A stretch of 64,000 nucleotides of DNA from assembly GCA_041742825.1 (NCBI GenBank), contig JBGTNX010000045.1, forward strand, positions 14,465 to 78,464. Direction: 5' to 3'. Position 1 is the stretch's first letter. Every line of letters starts with the position of its first letter. The notes under the pieces were generated by a model. The model was given only the letters and a program-made list of their open reading frames with translations. It did not search any database and had not been told where the DNA came from. A program made the position numbers and the translations under genes. Below, piece by piece: positions 40,911 through 50,775 of the stretch. Source of the stretch: Acidimicrobiia bacterium. GTDB taxonomy: Bacteria; Actinomycetota; Acidimicrobiia; Spongiisociales; ZC4RG35.

Positions 40911-41966
40911 ATGAAACGAAGCAAAGCGCTGCGAATTGCGGCGCTATTCGCCAGTCTCGCACTCATCGCCGCAGCCTGTGGCGATGGCGAAGGTGGCGAC
41001 GATGACGGCGACGGAGGCGACGACGAGACCTACACCCTCGGTGTGAGCAACACCCTGGTAGGCAACGGCTGGCGGGAGCAGATGATCTGCGCCATCAAAG
41101 CCCAGGCCCTTGCCAGCGGTGTCATCGATGAGGTCGTGGTGGTCAACGAGAACGCTGACACCACCGGCCAGATCGGCCACCTCGAGAACCTTATCTCGCA
41201 GGGTGTCGATGCCATTGTTCTCAACCCGACCGACCGTGACGGTCTGAACTCGGTAATCGAGGAGGCCATCGCCCAGGGGATCGTTGTTGTGGCAGTCGAC
41301 CAGGCTGTATCAGCCGAAGGCGCGTTTGTCGTGACCAACGACCAGGAGGAGTACGGGTACCTCGGAGCCAAGTGGCTGTTCGAGCAGATGGGTGGATCCG
41401 GCAATGTTGTCGAGATGCGCGGAATCGACGGGGTTCCCGCCGACACCGACCGGCACGCCGGCTTCATGCGGGCGCCCGAAGAGCATCCCGACATCACCGT
41501 CAGCCAGGAGACCTTCACAGGTTGGGACCCGACCACCGGTGCCCAGCAGGCGCTTGACATCATCAGCGCCGGCGATGTGGGTGGAATCTGGACCTCGGGT
41601 ATCGACTACACGGTCGTTGAGCAGTTCCAGACTGCAAACGCACCGTTCGTACCCATCGTTGGGGCCGACAACAATGGCTTCATCCAGCAGCTGCTGGAAA
41701 TCGACGGGCTCGAGGGAGCAGCAGTCACCAACCCGCCCGCCATCGGCGGCGTCGGTGCGGCGATTGCGATCCAGGCACTGACAGGAGAAGAGCCGGACAG
41801 CGTGACCACGTTGACCCCGGCAGTGTTCGACCACACCCAGACCGGTGAGCTCGAGAACCTCTTCGACGCCGACCAGCAAGTTGGTTGGAGTACGTATGTT
41901 GAGATCGAGCCTTACACCACATACGAGGCATCAGCTGTCTCGGATTGTGTTGGTCCGGGCGAGTAG
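40911..41966 (+). CDS. Sugar ABC transporter substrate-binding lipoprotein (PBP type I, ribose/xylose class)
   Basis: ATG at 40911 after a GAGGAGGAAAG RBS. Lipobox LIAAAC. The 5' part of ORF 40359..41966 is rejected. Confidence 0.85.
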   Translation: MKRSKALRIAALFASLALIAAACGDGEGGDDDGDGGDDETYTLGVSNTLVGNGWREQMICAIKAQALASGVIDEVVVVNENADTTGQIGHLENLISQGVDAIVLNPTDRDGLNSVIEEAIAQGIVVVAVDQAVSAEGAFVVTNDQEEYGYLGAKWLFEQMGGSGNVVEMRGIDGVPADTDRHAGFMRAPEEHPDITVSQETFTGWDPTTGAQQALDIISAGDVGGIWTSGIDYTVVEQFQTANAPFVPIVGADNNGFIQQLLEIDGLEGAAVTNPPAIGGVGAAIAIQALTGEEPDSVTTLTPAVFDHTQTGELENLFDADQQVGWSTYVEIEPYTTYEASAVSDCVGPGE

Positions 41967-42002
41967 GATCAACTGACAAAGCAGGGAACCGGGCGCCTCT
42001 AG

Positions 42003-43508
42003 GTGCCCGGTTCCCTACGCTCTCCTGTTGTGGCCACCAGCTCACTTTTGGCGACGCAAGACGTCGCAAAGCGCTTCGGAAGCGTCATTGCGCTCCGCTC
42101 AGTCGAGCTGACCGTTGAGCCGGGCGAGGTTCATGCCCTGCTCGGGGCGAACGGCGCCGGGAAGAGCACACTTGTCAAGATCCTCTCCGGCGTCCACCAT
42201 CAAGACGCTGGTGAGATCAGGGTCGGCGGTAAGGCAGTAGACCTGAGCCGTCCCTCCGACGCCCGCGATGCGGGCCTGGCCACAGTTTTCCAGGATCCTG
42301 CCCTCATCCCGGATCTGACCGTCAGACAGAACCTCAAACTCACCGATGCTCCAGAATCCACCGTGCGCGATTGGCTGCATCAGATGGGCCTTGTGGGTCT
42401 CGATTTCGAAGCCCTGGTACGTGAGCTTGCGCTTCCGCAACTACGACTGATCGATCTCGCCCGCGCCTTATCCCGCGAGCCCTTGCTGCTGATGCTGGAT
42501 GAGATCACCGCGGCGCTTCCCGCCGATCAGGCCGATCAGGTGTTTTCGGTGATGAAACAGTGGAAAGAGACAGGCCGCTCAGTCCTCTTCATCACTCACC
42601 GCCTCGGGGAGGTGCTCCGGATGTGCGACCAGGCCACGGTCCTCAGAGATGGCCGAAATGTCGCCAAATTTGCACCGAGAGATGTCGGCGAGGCGGGTCT
42701 CGTCGAGGCCATGCTCGGCGATGTAGTCGGCTCGGTGGCAACTGCAGACCAAAGAGAGCCGGTCCGAGGGGATGCCCCGGTTGTTCTCGAGACGGCTGGC
42801 CTCGGTTCGAGGGACCGCCTCAACAATGTCACTTTCCAGTTGCGCGCCGGAGAGGTGCTCGGCGTCGCCGCGCTCGAGGAGCAGGGTCAGGACCGGCTCT
42901 TCGAACTTCTTTCCGGTGACAGACGTCCCGATGCCGGCGAGATCAGGGTCAACGGTGAGATCCTGGACGCTCGATCCCCCTATGACGCGGTTCGGAGAGG
43001 CGTTGTGCTCGTCCCCTCCGATCGGCTCCAGGCGCTGCTCCCGAAGCGCCCGATCCGGGAGAACCTCGGGGCGCCGCTCTACAACCGCATCTCCCGGTGG
43101 TTCTCAATCGTTTCCGATGAGACGGAGCGGGTCGACTCCGCCGTCCAACGTCTCTCGATAGACACCCGCGCCGCCAAGCAGGCAATCCGGCTTTCAGGAG
43201 GCAATCAACAAAAAGTGGTGGTCGGGAGATGGCTCGCTGCGGGGTTCCGGGTACTTCTCTGTTTCGACCCGACGCGGGGGATCGACGTCGGAACCAAAAA
43301 GCAAATTTATGAGTTGTTGAGGGAACTGGCCGCTGACGGCGCCGCCGTGCTCCTCTACACCAGCGAACTCGCCGAAATTCCTCTTGTGTGTGATCGGGTC
43401 CTGGTGATCTACGACGGGGCCATCGTCTCCGAACAGCCCGCAGCGACCGCAACTGAAGAGGCGTTGCTCACCGCCGCCCACGGAATCGGTGGGGAGGACG
43501 TGGCATGA
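42003..43508 (+). CDS. Sugar ABC transporter ATP-binding protein (tandem NBDs)
   Basis: GANGAGKST Walker A, LSGGNQQKVV signature, second NBD. Confidence 0.9.
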   Translation: MPGSLRSPVVATSSLLATQDVAKRFGSVIALRSVELTVEPGEVHALLGANGAGKSTLVKILSGVHHQDAGEIRVGGKAVDLSRPSDARDAGLATVFQDPALIPDLTVRQNLKLTDAPESTVRDWLHQMGLVGLDFEALVRELALPQLRLIDLARALSREPLLLMLDEITAALPADQADQVFSVMKQWKETGRSVLFITHRLGEVLRMCDQATVLRDGRNVAKFAPRDVGEAGLVEAMLGDVVGSVATADQREPVRGDAPVVLETAGLGSRDRLNNVTFQLRAGEVLGVAALEEQGQDRLFELLSGDRRPDAGEIRVNGEILDARSPYDAVRRGVVLVPSDRLQALLPKRPIRENLGAPLYNRISRWFSIVSDETERVDSAVQRLSIDTRAAKQAIRLSGGNQQKVVVGRWLAAGFRVLLCFDPTRGIDVGTKKQIYELLRELAADGAAVLLYTSELAEIPLVCDRVLVIYDGAIVSEQPAATATEEALLTAAHGIGGEDVA

Positions 43509-44509
43509 CCGGGTCGACGACAACTGTCCCAGGAGTGGACTGGCGCCGGGTCGCCAAGCGCCACGGATGGACGATCGGGGTCTGGTTGCTTTTGATCGCG
43601 ATGATCATCTGGTATTCGACGCTGATCCCCCGATTCGGCGCCTTCCAGGTTGCGTCGATAGCCAAGAACAGCCTCCCTCTCGTATACCTCGCCGTGGCGC
43701 AGGCAGTGATCGTCATCACCGGCGGTATCGACCTCTCCGTGGGAGCAATGCTGGTCCTTACCAACTCGATTGCGGCCCAGTTGATGTTTGGTCAGTCGTT
43801 CCCGATGACTCTGCTCATCGCGGTGGGAGTCGTCCTCCTCGCCGCGATAGTCAACGGATTGGTCGGGTGGATCATCACAATCTCCAAGGTCCCCGACATC
43901 GTGGTCACCCTGGCCACGAGTTTCATCTACTCCGGTGCAGCGTTGCTGATCCTCCCGTCACCAGGAGGAGGGACCAGTGAAGGGTTCCGAGCCCTGTTCA
44001 CGGGGTCGGCCACCGGGACCGGTACCAATTTCTGGCCAGCTTTGGTCATGATCGCCATCCCTGTCGCCCTGATCGCCGTCTGGATGCGGCGCACCAGGAC
44101 CGGGCTCTCGCTTTACGCGACCGGCTCGAACCCTGTCGCCGCATACCTATCGGCGGTGCGAACCGGCAGAGCCAAGATCTACGCGTACGCAATCGGTGGA
44201 GCATTTGCTGCGATGGGCGGGCTCTCGGCACTGGCGATCACCGGGTCCGGCGAGTCACGGTTCAGTACCGGGGCCAACTTCACCCTTCGCTCGGTTGCCG
44301 CCATCGTGCTCGGCGGTATCGCCCTCACCGGTGGCACCGGTTCGGTGGTCGGTGCCGCGGCAGCGGGCATCATGTTGTTCACGCTGTCCCCGACGCTCAG
44401 TGCGATGGGCATCGACCCGAACACGGCGCAGGTGATTCAGGGCGCCCTAATCGTTTTGGTGATGATGGTCGCGGGCATCCTCGAGTTGCGGAGGCAGAGG
44501 GCAGAATGA
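43505..44509 (+). CDS. ABC transporter permease (ribose/xylose type)
   Basis: Multi-TM. Translationally coupled. Confidence 0.85.
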   Translation: MTGSTTTVPGVDWRRVAKRHGWTIGVWLLLIAMIIWYSTLIPRFGAFQVASIAKNSLPLVYLAVAQAVIVITGGIDLSVGAMLVLTNSIAAQLMFGQSFPMTLLIAVGVVLLAAIVNGLVGWIITISKVPDIVVTLATSFIYSGAALLILPSPGGGTSEGFRALFTGSATGTGTNFWPALVMIAIPVALIAVWMRRTRTGLSLYATGSNPVAAYLSAVRTGRAKIYAYAIGGAFAAMGGLSALAITGSGESRFSTGANFTLRSVAAIVLGGIALTGGTGSVVGAAAAGIMLFTLSPTLSAMGIDPNTAQVIQGALIVLVMMVAGILELRRQRAE

Positions 44510-45495
44510 CAGTCAAACAACCCCTGGAGATCGAAGACCTCGGGCAGCCACGCTGGGGTATGTGGCTCGCCGACCATCCACTGGCCGTGCTCGCCGCAGT
44601 GCTCCTCGTGCTCATCCTCGTCACCGGGATCATCGAGCCCGCATATCTGTCCTCGAGCGGGATGCGCAACACCGTGCTGCTGGCCGCGCCGCTCGGGATA
44701 ATGGCCGGAGCCCAGACGATCCTGATGTTGACCGGCGGGATCGACCTTTCGGTAGGGATGATCGCCACCGCGGCGGCCTATGTCGCGGCGAATCAGTCAC
44801 CCAACGGGGCCGCCATTGCAATTGTCATCGGGCTCCTCGTCGGCGTTGCCGCCGGAATGGTCAACGGAATCGGTGTCGGGGTGTTCAAAGTCAATCCGCT
44901 GATCATGACCTTGGCGATGTCTTCGATCATCCTCGGTCTGTTTACGGCCCTTTCTTTCACTGTTCTCCAGGGCTCGACGACTGTTGCCCCGTTCATCAAG
45001 ACTCTCGGCGGAGGGTCGTTCTGGGGAAACCGGATCCCCTTCAACGCGGTGGTATGGGCGGGAGTCTCATTCCTGATCATCTACGGGCTGCGGCGCACCG
45101 GTTTTGGCAGGCTTCTCTACGCGGTCGGTGACAATCCCGTGGCCGTCAGGCTCGCAGGGATCAGGAGCTGGCAGGTGCTGATTGCCGCTTACGCAGTCGC
45201 CGGCCTCCTTTCGGCGCTGGCAGGCATCCTCCTCGCTGGTCGCACCGGTGCCGTCGACCTCCAACTCGCAGTCAACTTCCTCCTGCCGTCGGTTGCTGCA
45301 GCTGTGATTGGCGGGACGTCGATCTTCGGTGGGATCGGGACCTACGGCGGCACTGTGTACGGTGCCCTGATCCTCGGTGTTCTCACCACAATGCTCACGT
45401 TCCTCAATGCAGGTCAGGGAATCCAGCAGATCGTTTACGGATCCATCGTGCTCGGCCTCGCCTGGCTGTACGCCCGGGTAACCGGTGTGGCATGA
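44506..45495 (+). CDS. ABC transporter permease (second)
   Basis: Multi-TM. Paralogous to the previous gene. Confidence 0.85.
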   Translation: MTVKQPLEIEDLGQPRWGMWLADHPLAVLAAVLLVLILVTGIIEPAYLSSSGMRNTVLLAAPLGIMAGAQTILMLTGGIDLSVGMIATAAAYVAANQSPNGAAIAIVIGLLVGVAAGMVNGIGVGVFKVNPLIMTLAMSSIILGLFTALSFTVLQGSTTVAPFIKTLGGGSFWGNRIPFNAVVWAGVSFLIIYGLRRTGFGRLLYAVGDNPVAVRLAGIRSWQVLIAAYAVAGLLSALAGILLAGRTGAVDLQLAVNFLLPSVAAAVIGGTSIFGGIGTYGGTVYGALILGVLTTMLTFLNAGQGIQQIVYGSIVLGLAWLYARVTGVA

Positions 45496-45510
45496 AAGGG
45501 AGTAGTTCAG

Positions 45511-46680
45511 ATGGGCCTGAGTGACATAAGAGCGGGCGTCGTCGGTGTTGGGTTCATCGGCGTTGCCCATGTCGAAGCGATTCGCAGGCTCGGTGTCGAT
45601 GTCGCCGGTGTGGTCGGGTCGAGCCCGGACCGGGCCCGCGCCAAAGCCGGTGCCGCTGGGCTGCCGACCGTGTACGACTCGGTAGAGGCGCTCGCCGGCG
45701 ACCACTCGATCGACGTGATCCACATCGCAACCCCAAACTACGTTCACGCCGATCAGGTACGGGTGGCTCTGGGCGCAGGCAAACATGTCGTCTGCGAGAA
45801 GCCCCTTGCCGTCACCTCGAAAGACACCGCTGACATCCTTGCGATGGCTGAAGGATCGGTACTCGTACATGCAGTCTGTTTCAACATTCGCCACTACCCG
45901 CTCAACCATCAGGCGATGGCGATGGTCGCTGCCGGCGACATCGGCGAACCGCGATTCATCACCGGGTCATACCACCAGGACTGGCTGCTCAAGGACACCG
46001 ACTGGAACTGGAGGCTGCAACCAGAGGAAGGGGGAGAGCTCCGTGCGGTAGCCGACATCGGGTCGCACTGGCTCGACCTGACTCGTTTCATCTCCGGTCG
46101 TGACGTTGAAGCTGTGATGGCCGACCTCCATACCCTCGTCCCGGTACGGCGCCATCCCGCAGGGCCGGTGGAGTCGTTCTCCCGGGCCGAAGCCGACGGG
46201 GACCTTATCGAAGAGCAGATGTCGAGCGACGATGCCGCCGGGATCCTGCTCCGCTACGCGGGCGGGGCCCGCGGAGCGGTGACGATCTCTCAGGTCTCGG
46301 CAGGTGAGAAGAATTCGGTCCGTTACGAGATTGCGGGGAGCGAGGCATCGCTGAGCTGGTACTCCCAGCACCCCGATCAGCTGCAGATCGGCCGTCGCGA
46401 CCGTCCCAATGAGGTCCTCTATCGCGACCCGGCCATGGCAGCCCCCGAGGCGAGCCGGAACATGGCGTTTCCCGGTGGCCATGTCGAAGGGTTCCCGGAC
46501 ACATTTCGGGCCCTCTTCGCCCAGGTGTATGCCGCCGTCGAAAGCGGCGGTCCAGCAGCGGAGCCTGCCTACCCGACCTTCGCGGATGGCCACGACGCAG
46601 TTCTGGTCACCGAGGCTGTGGCAGCCAGCCACACCGAACAGGTCTGGAAAACAGTCGAGAGACAAGGAGACAAATCATGA
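45511..46680 (+). CDS. Gfo/Idh/MocA-family oxidoreductase
   Basis: N-terminal Rossmann fold (GVVGVGFIGVAH), EKP motif. Confidence 0.85.
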   Translation: MGLSDIRAGVVGVGFIGVAHVEAIRRLGVDVAGVVGSSPDRARAKAGAAGLPTVYDSVEALAGDHSIDVIHIATPNYVHADQVRVALGAGKHVVCEKPLAVTSKDTADILAMAEGSVLVHAVCFNIRHYPLNHQAMAMVAAGDIGEPRFITGSYHQDWLLKDTDWNWRLQPEEGGELRAVADIGSHWLDLTRFISGRDVEAVMADLHTLVPVRRHPAGPVESFSRAEADGDLIEEQMSSDDAAGILLRYAGGARGAVTISQVSAGEKNSVRYEIAGSEASLSWYSQHPDQLQIGRRDRPNEVLYRDPAMAAPEASRNMAFPGGHVEGFPDTFRALFAQVYAAVESGGPAAEPAYPTFADGHDAVLVTEAVAASHTEQVWKTVERQGDKS

Positions 46681-47591
46681 AGCTAGGGCTTCTGACAGCG
46701 CCGTTCCCCGAGACCCCGCTCAACGATGTCGCCGACTGGACAGCCGCCAACGGCTTCACCGCGATCGAAATCGCAGCCTGGCCGGCATCCGGCGGCGAGA
46801 CCCGTCGCTACGCCGGCACGAGTCATATCGACGTCGCCGACATCTCCGACACACGCGCCGCTGAAATCGTCGGTGATATGACCTCCCGGGGGCTGGAGAT
46901 CTCCGGTCTCGGCTACTACCCAAATCCGCTCAATCCCGACGAAGAGCACCGCAGAACTGTGATCGGCCACCTCAAGAAAGTTATTGTCGCCGCGGGGAAG
47001 ATGAACGTGCCGGTGGTCAACACTTTCATAGGAGCCGATCGGTCCCGGAGCCAGGATGAGAACTGGGAAGAAGCGACCAGGGTCTGGCCAGAGATCATCT
47101 CCGCTGCAGAAGACAACGGGGTAAAGATCGCAATCGAGAACTGCCCGATGATCTTCTCGAAGGACGAATGGCCGTCGGGCCACAACCTCGCCTATAACCC
47201 GAAGATCTGGCGGCGGATGTTCGAGGAGTTCGGGGAGACAATTGGCCTCAACTTCGACCCGTCTCACCTCGTTTGGCTGATGATCGACATCGAAAGCGCT
47301 ATCGAAGAGTTTGGCTCGAGGTTCTACCACTTCCAGGCCAAGGATGTGATGATCGACCACGAAGGCCTTTACGAGAACGGGACGCTCTCCGGAGGCATCG
47401 GATGGCAGATTCCCCGTCTTCCCGGCCTCGGCCACGTCGACTGGGGCCGTGTTTTCTCCGCTCTCTACCGGGTGGGTTATGACGGCGCGATCATCATCGA
47501 ACACGAGGATCGCGACTTCGAAGCAACCGACCAACTGGTAAAGCGGGGCTTCCTGATCGCAAGAGACATCCTCCAGCCCTACATCCATTGA
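46677..47591 (+). CDS. Sugar phosphate isomerase/epimerase (xylose-isomerase-like TIM barrel)
   Basis: AP-endonuclease-2/IolE-like TIM barrel motifs (IENCP, IIEHEDRD). Confidence 0.8.
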   Translation: MKLGLLTAPFPETPLNDVADWTAANGFTAIEIAAWPASGGETRRYAGTSHIDVADISDTRAAEIVGDMTSRGLEISGLGYYPNPLNPDEEHRRTVIGHLKKVIVAAGKMNVPVVNTFIGADRSRSQDENWEEATRVWPEIISAAEDNGVKIAIENCPMIFSKDEWPSGHNLAYNPKIWRRMFEEFGETIGLNFDPSHLVWLMIDIESAIEEFGSRFYHFQAKDVMIDHEGLYENGTLSGGIGWQIPRLPGLGHVDWGRVFSALYRVGYDGAIIIEHEDRDFEATDQLVKRGFLIARDILQPYIH

Positions 47592-47624
47592 GTTCCTCCC
47601 GAGGGAGTGCCGCGACGAGTTCAT

Positions 47625-47696
47625 CTCTCCCTCCGCTTGTCACTCTCCCTCCGCTTGCCACTCTCCCCCCGCTTGCCACTCTCCATCCGCTCGCGG
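47625..47696. repeat. 4 tandem 18-bp direct repeats (CTCTCCCTCCGCTTGCCA-like)
   Basis: Units at 47625, 47643, 47661 and 47679. They abut the structured repeat. Confidence 0.85.
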
Positions 47697-47846
47697 AGGG
47701 AGTACCGGCGACAGAGGAGCCGGGGAGGGTGGGCGTTCCCGCCAACGGCACTCGAGCTACCCGGCTCGAACGAACTCTCCCTCCTACCTCCAGACGCCTA
47801 TTCGTCGGCAGCAGGTACCAACCCCGGCGCAAGCGGGAGGTCAGCG
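47679..47846 (+). ncRNA. Structured repeat element copy A (candidate cis-regulatory RNA/sRNA)
   Basis: Shared blocks with copy B: CGCTCGCGGAGGGA, GGGTGGGCGTTC, CACTCGAGCT, GGCGCAAGCGGGAGG. Internal hairpin TCGAGC-TACCCG-GCTCGA. Confidence 0.4.
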
Positions 47847-47855
47847 TGACGTCTT

Positions 47856-49160
47856 ATGACGTTTGATGTCGTCGTGGTCGGGTCGGGGTCGGCGGGATCG
47901 CCCGCTGCAATTGCCGCGGCTCGGTCGGGGGCGCGCACGCTTCTGATCGAGAAGCTCCCGTTTCTGGGGGGAAACTCGACTGCGGTCCTCGATACTTTCT
48001 ACGGCTTCTACACGCCCGGGGACCGGGCGCGCAAGGTGGTCGGCGGCATCGGTGACGAAGTGATCGCCGGTCTTCACGACTTGGGCCCGGTGCTCGAACG
48101 TCCCAACACCTATGGCGCCGGTACCGGAGTCACCTATCACAGCGAGCATCTCAAGGTGGTCTGGGAGCGGCTGGTCGAGGAGGCAGGAGTCGAGATAATG
48201 CTCCATGCATTTGTCCAGGACGCGGCTGTGTCCGACGGCAGGATCACCGGGTTGACCGTCGCCACCAAGTCCGGTCTCCGGGAGATAGCAGCAGGTGTGT
48301 TCGTCGATTGTTCCGGAGACGCAGACGTCTGTCACCACGCAGGATTCGGCTACGAGTTGGCCGGAGAGTCCGGTCCGGCGCAGACCCTGACCACGACGTT
48401 CCGGATGGTGAATGTCAACCACGAGGAGCGAAAGGCCATCGGCAAGGACCGGCTCCACGAACTGATGGGCGAAGCCGTTTCCTCGGGGAGATACGACCTG
48501 CCCCGACGTGAGGGCAGTGATCACATAACTCCGATCGACGGGATGACTGCGACGGTGATGACCCGTATCGACCAGGTGCGGCCCGGTACCGACGGTTCGT
48601 TCCGCAACGCCACCGATCCTGGCATCCTGACCCGGGTCGAGATCGAGGGTCGGCGCCAGGCGCTGGAATACGCCAGGTTCCTGATCGATCTCGTGCCCGG
48701 ATACCAGAATGCGAGCCTCGTCGCTCTCTCCACCCAGATCGGACTCCGCGAGACGCGCCGGGTCTACGGTGACTACCGGGTCACCCGGGAGGACGTGCTC
48801 GAGGCCCGCCAGTTCGATGACCAGATCGGCCTTTGCGGTGCCCCTATCGAGGATCACCATGGCGGCGAGGGGAGCGGTACCACATGGGAGTATCTCCCGG
48901 ACGGGACCGCGGTGGGGATCCCGCTGCGAACGCTGGTGGTTCGCGATTCGGTCAACACAGTGATGGCAGGCCGCTGCTTCTCCGCCACCCATGACGCCCA
49001 GGCCTCCATCCGCTCAATGGCCCAATGTATGGCGATGGGCCAGGCCGCAGGCACAGTCGCCGCCATGGCCGCGACAGGTGGAGGGGTGGTGCGTGAAGTC
49101 GACAGTTCCCTCGTTCGGGACCGAATTCGCCCCGACGGTGCGATTCTGGAAATCGGATGA
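47856..49160 (+). CDS. FAD-dependent oxidoreductase
   Basis: GSGSAGSPAA dinucleotide motif. About 430 aa. Confidence 0.75.
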   Translation: MTFDVVVVGSGSAGSPAAIAAARSGARTLLIEKLPFLGGNSTAVLDTFYGFYTPGDRARKVVGGIGDEVIAGLHDLGPVLERPNTYGAGTGVTYHSEHLKVVWERLVEEAGVEIMLHAFVQDAAVSDGRITGLTVATKSGLREIAAGVFVDCSGDADVCHHAGFGYELAGESGPAQTLTTTFRMVNVNHEERKAIGKDRLHELMGEAVSSGRYDLPRREGSDHITPIDGMTATVMTRIDQVRPGTDGSFRNATDPGILTRVEIEGRRQALEYARFLIDLVPGYQNASLVALSTQIGLRETRRVYGDYRVTREDVLEARQFDDQIGLCGAPIEDHHGGEGSGTTWEYLPDGTAVGIPLRTLVVRDSVNTVMAGRCFSATHDAQASIRSMAQCMAMGQAAGTVAAMAATGGGVVREVDSSLVRDRIRPDGAILEIG

Positions 49161-50074
49161 TCGTCCGCACGGTTCTCGGGGACATAGACCCCGCCGATCT
49201 CGGGGCCACCTTCGCCCATGAGCATCTCATCATCGACAGCCCCACGGTGGCTAGGGAGTGGCCGCACATCCATCTGCCTTCGCCACAAGACGCAATAGTC
49301 GAAGTCTCACTGTGTCGGCGTGCCGGTGTGAGGACGATGGTCGATGCTATGCCTACGGGCTCGGGGCGCAATCTCGAGAAGCTCGCAGAGGTCTCCAGGG
49401 CCACCGGAGTCCATGTAGTTGCCTCGAGCGGGATGCACACTGCCAAGTACTACCAGGATGTCGACTGGGCGGGGGATGGAGCCGAAGACCTGGCGGGTCG
49501 TTTCGTCAACGAGATCCAGAACGGTATCGGCGGACTGCGGCCCGGAATCCTGAAGGTCGCAACAACCGGGCCCGAGGTGTCGGCGCGCGAGCGCGAACTG
49601 TTCCGCGCGGCAGCAACGGTTCATCGCGATACAAATGTCCCGCTTTTGACCCACTGTGAGGATGGGGAGGGAGCCATGGCCCAATTGGACCTGTTGGGTG
49701 GGGCCGGGATCCCCCTCGGATGCGTGATCATCTCCCATACCGACAAGGTCCCCGACCCGGGCTATCACCGTGAAATCCTGGCTAGCGGGGCCAATGTCGA
49801 ATACGACCAGGCGCTTCGCCAGCACCTCACCGGGTCATCGGCGACAGCCCGGCTGGTGGCGCAGATGTGGGATGAGGGGTTCGGGAACCAGATCCTTCTT
49901 GGCACCGACGGGGCGCGACGGACGCTCTGGACCTCCCTGGGTGGGTCTCCCGGTCTGGCCTGGTTACAGCTCGGTTTCCCGGCGGTTCTCGCAGCTCACG
50001 GTGTCGACGAGGGACAGGTCGAAGCGATGTTTGTATCGAACCCGGCCCGGGTCCTCTCTTTCAATCCAACCTAA
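49157..50074 (+). CDS. Phosphotriesterase-family protein (PTE/Php; probable lactonase)
   Basis: N-terminal HxH metal motif (FAHEHL). Amidohydrolase fold. Confidence 0.85.
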   Translation: MIVRTVLGDIDPADLGATFAHEHLIIDSPTVAREWPHIHLPSPQDAIVEVSLCRRAGVRTMVDAMPTGSGRNLEKLAEVSRATGVHVVASSGMHTAKYYQDVDWAGDGAEDLAGRFVNEIQNGIGGLRPGILKVATTGPEVSARERELFRAAATVHRDTNVPLLTHCEDGEGAMAQLDLLGGAGIPLGCVIISHTDKVPDPGYHREILASGANVEYDQALRQHLTGSSATARLVAQMWDEGFGNQILLGTDGARRTLWTSLGGSPGLAWLQLGFPAVLAAHGVDEGQVEAMFVSNPARVLSFNPT

Positions 50075-50775
50075 ACCGTCGACAACTCCGCAGCTGCCGA
50101 CTCGTCGGCCCAGATGACGACATTTGGTGCAGTTCGCAGGTACGTGGCGGGGATCTCCGGGCTGATCTGATCCTCCAGCGTGCGGCGGAGAATCCTTGCT
50201 TTCCCGGGACCCGTCACCAGGAGCCAGATCTCATCCGACTGGAGGAGGCGGCCAAGTCCGACTGTAATCCCCCAGTCGGTGATGGTCCGCGCCCCATACC
50301 CGGACATGCCGGAGATCGTCTCAGGAGCGAGGGTGACCCTGCGGGTAGGGCATCCGGGATCACAACCTGGCTCGTTCAGTCCGAGATGCCCGTTGCCTCC
50401 CAACCCGAGAATTGTGAGACCGAGACCTCCGGCCGCGATCGCCATCTCGTAGCGGTCGCACTCTGCACCGATATCGCCTGCCGGGTTCAGCGAGTCGAAT
50501 ACCGCAGGCGGCGTGTCGAGCCTGTCGATGAGGTCGCGGCGTAGTGTGGCGTCACAACGGGCCGGGTCATCAGGGGGCAGGCCGAACTCATCGAGGAGAA
50601 AGATGACGGAACGGGAGAAGTCGAACGGCGCTATCTTCTGATACACAGGCGATGGAGTCTTCCCGGTGGGCAGGCACATTCGCAGTTCCGGATTACTGGC
50701 GAGACGAGCGGCCCACTCCGAGGCCACGGCCCCGGCCCACCCGGCGTCGGGGAGCACCCGCAGGTCTGGCGTCAC
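50071..50775 (-). CDS. Glucosamine-6-phosphate deaminase/6-phosphogluconolactonase family (NagB-like)
   Basis: Fold motifs (LPTGKTP, FLLDEF). Confidence 0.8.
   Translation of the reverse strand: MTPDLRVLPDAGWAGAVASEWAARLASNPELRMCLPTGKTPSPVYQKIAPFDFSRSVIFLLDEFGLPPDDPARCDATLRRDLIDRLDTPPAVFDSLNPAGDIGAECDRYEMAIAAGGLGLTILGLGGNGHLGLNEPGCDPGCPTRRVTLAPETISGMSGYGARTITDWGITVGLGRLLQSDEIWLLVTGPGKARILRRTLEDQISPEIPATYLRTAPNVVIWADESAAAELSTV

Noticed and set aside
47625-47696. Possible CRISPR array
   Set aside because: The 18-bp units are contiguous with no spacers, and there are only four. This is a tandem repeat, not CRISPR.
47607-47849. 80-aa ORF, and ORF 57823..58152, with mutually similar peptides (GGWAF.PTALELP...GASGR)
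   Set aside because: The similarity comes from the DNA-level repeat element. Composition is low-complexity and codon usage is not gene-like.
47841-48992. 383-aa minus-strand ORF
   Set aside because: Antisense to the FAD-dependent oxidoreductase. No motifs.
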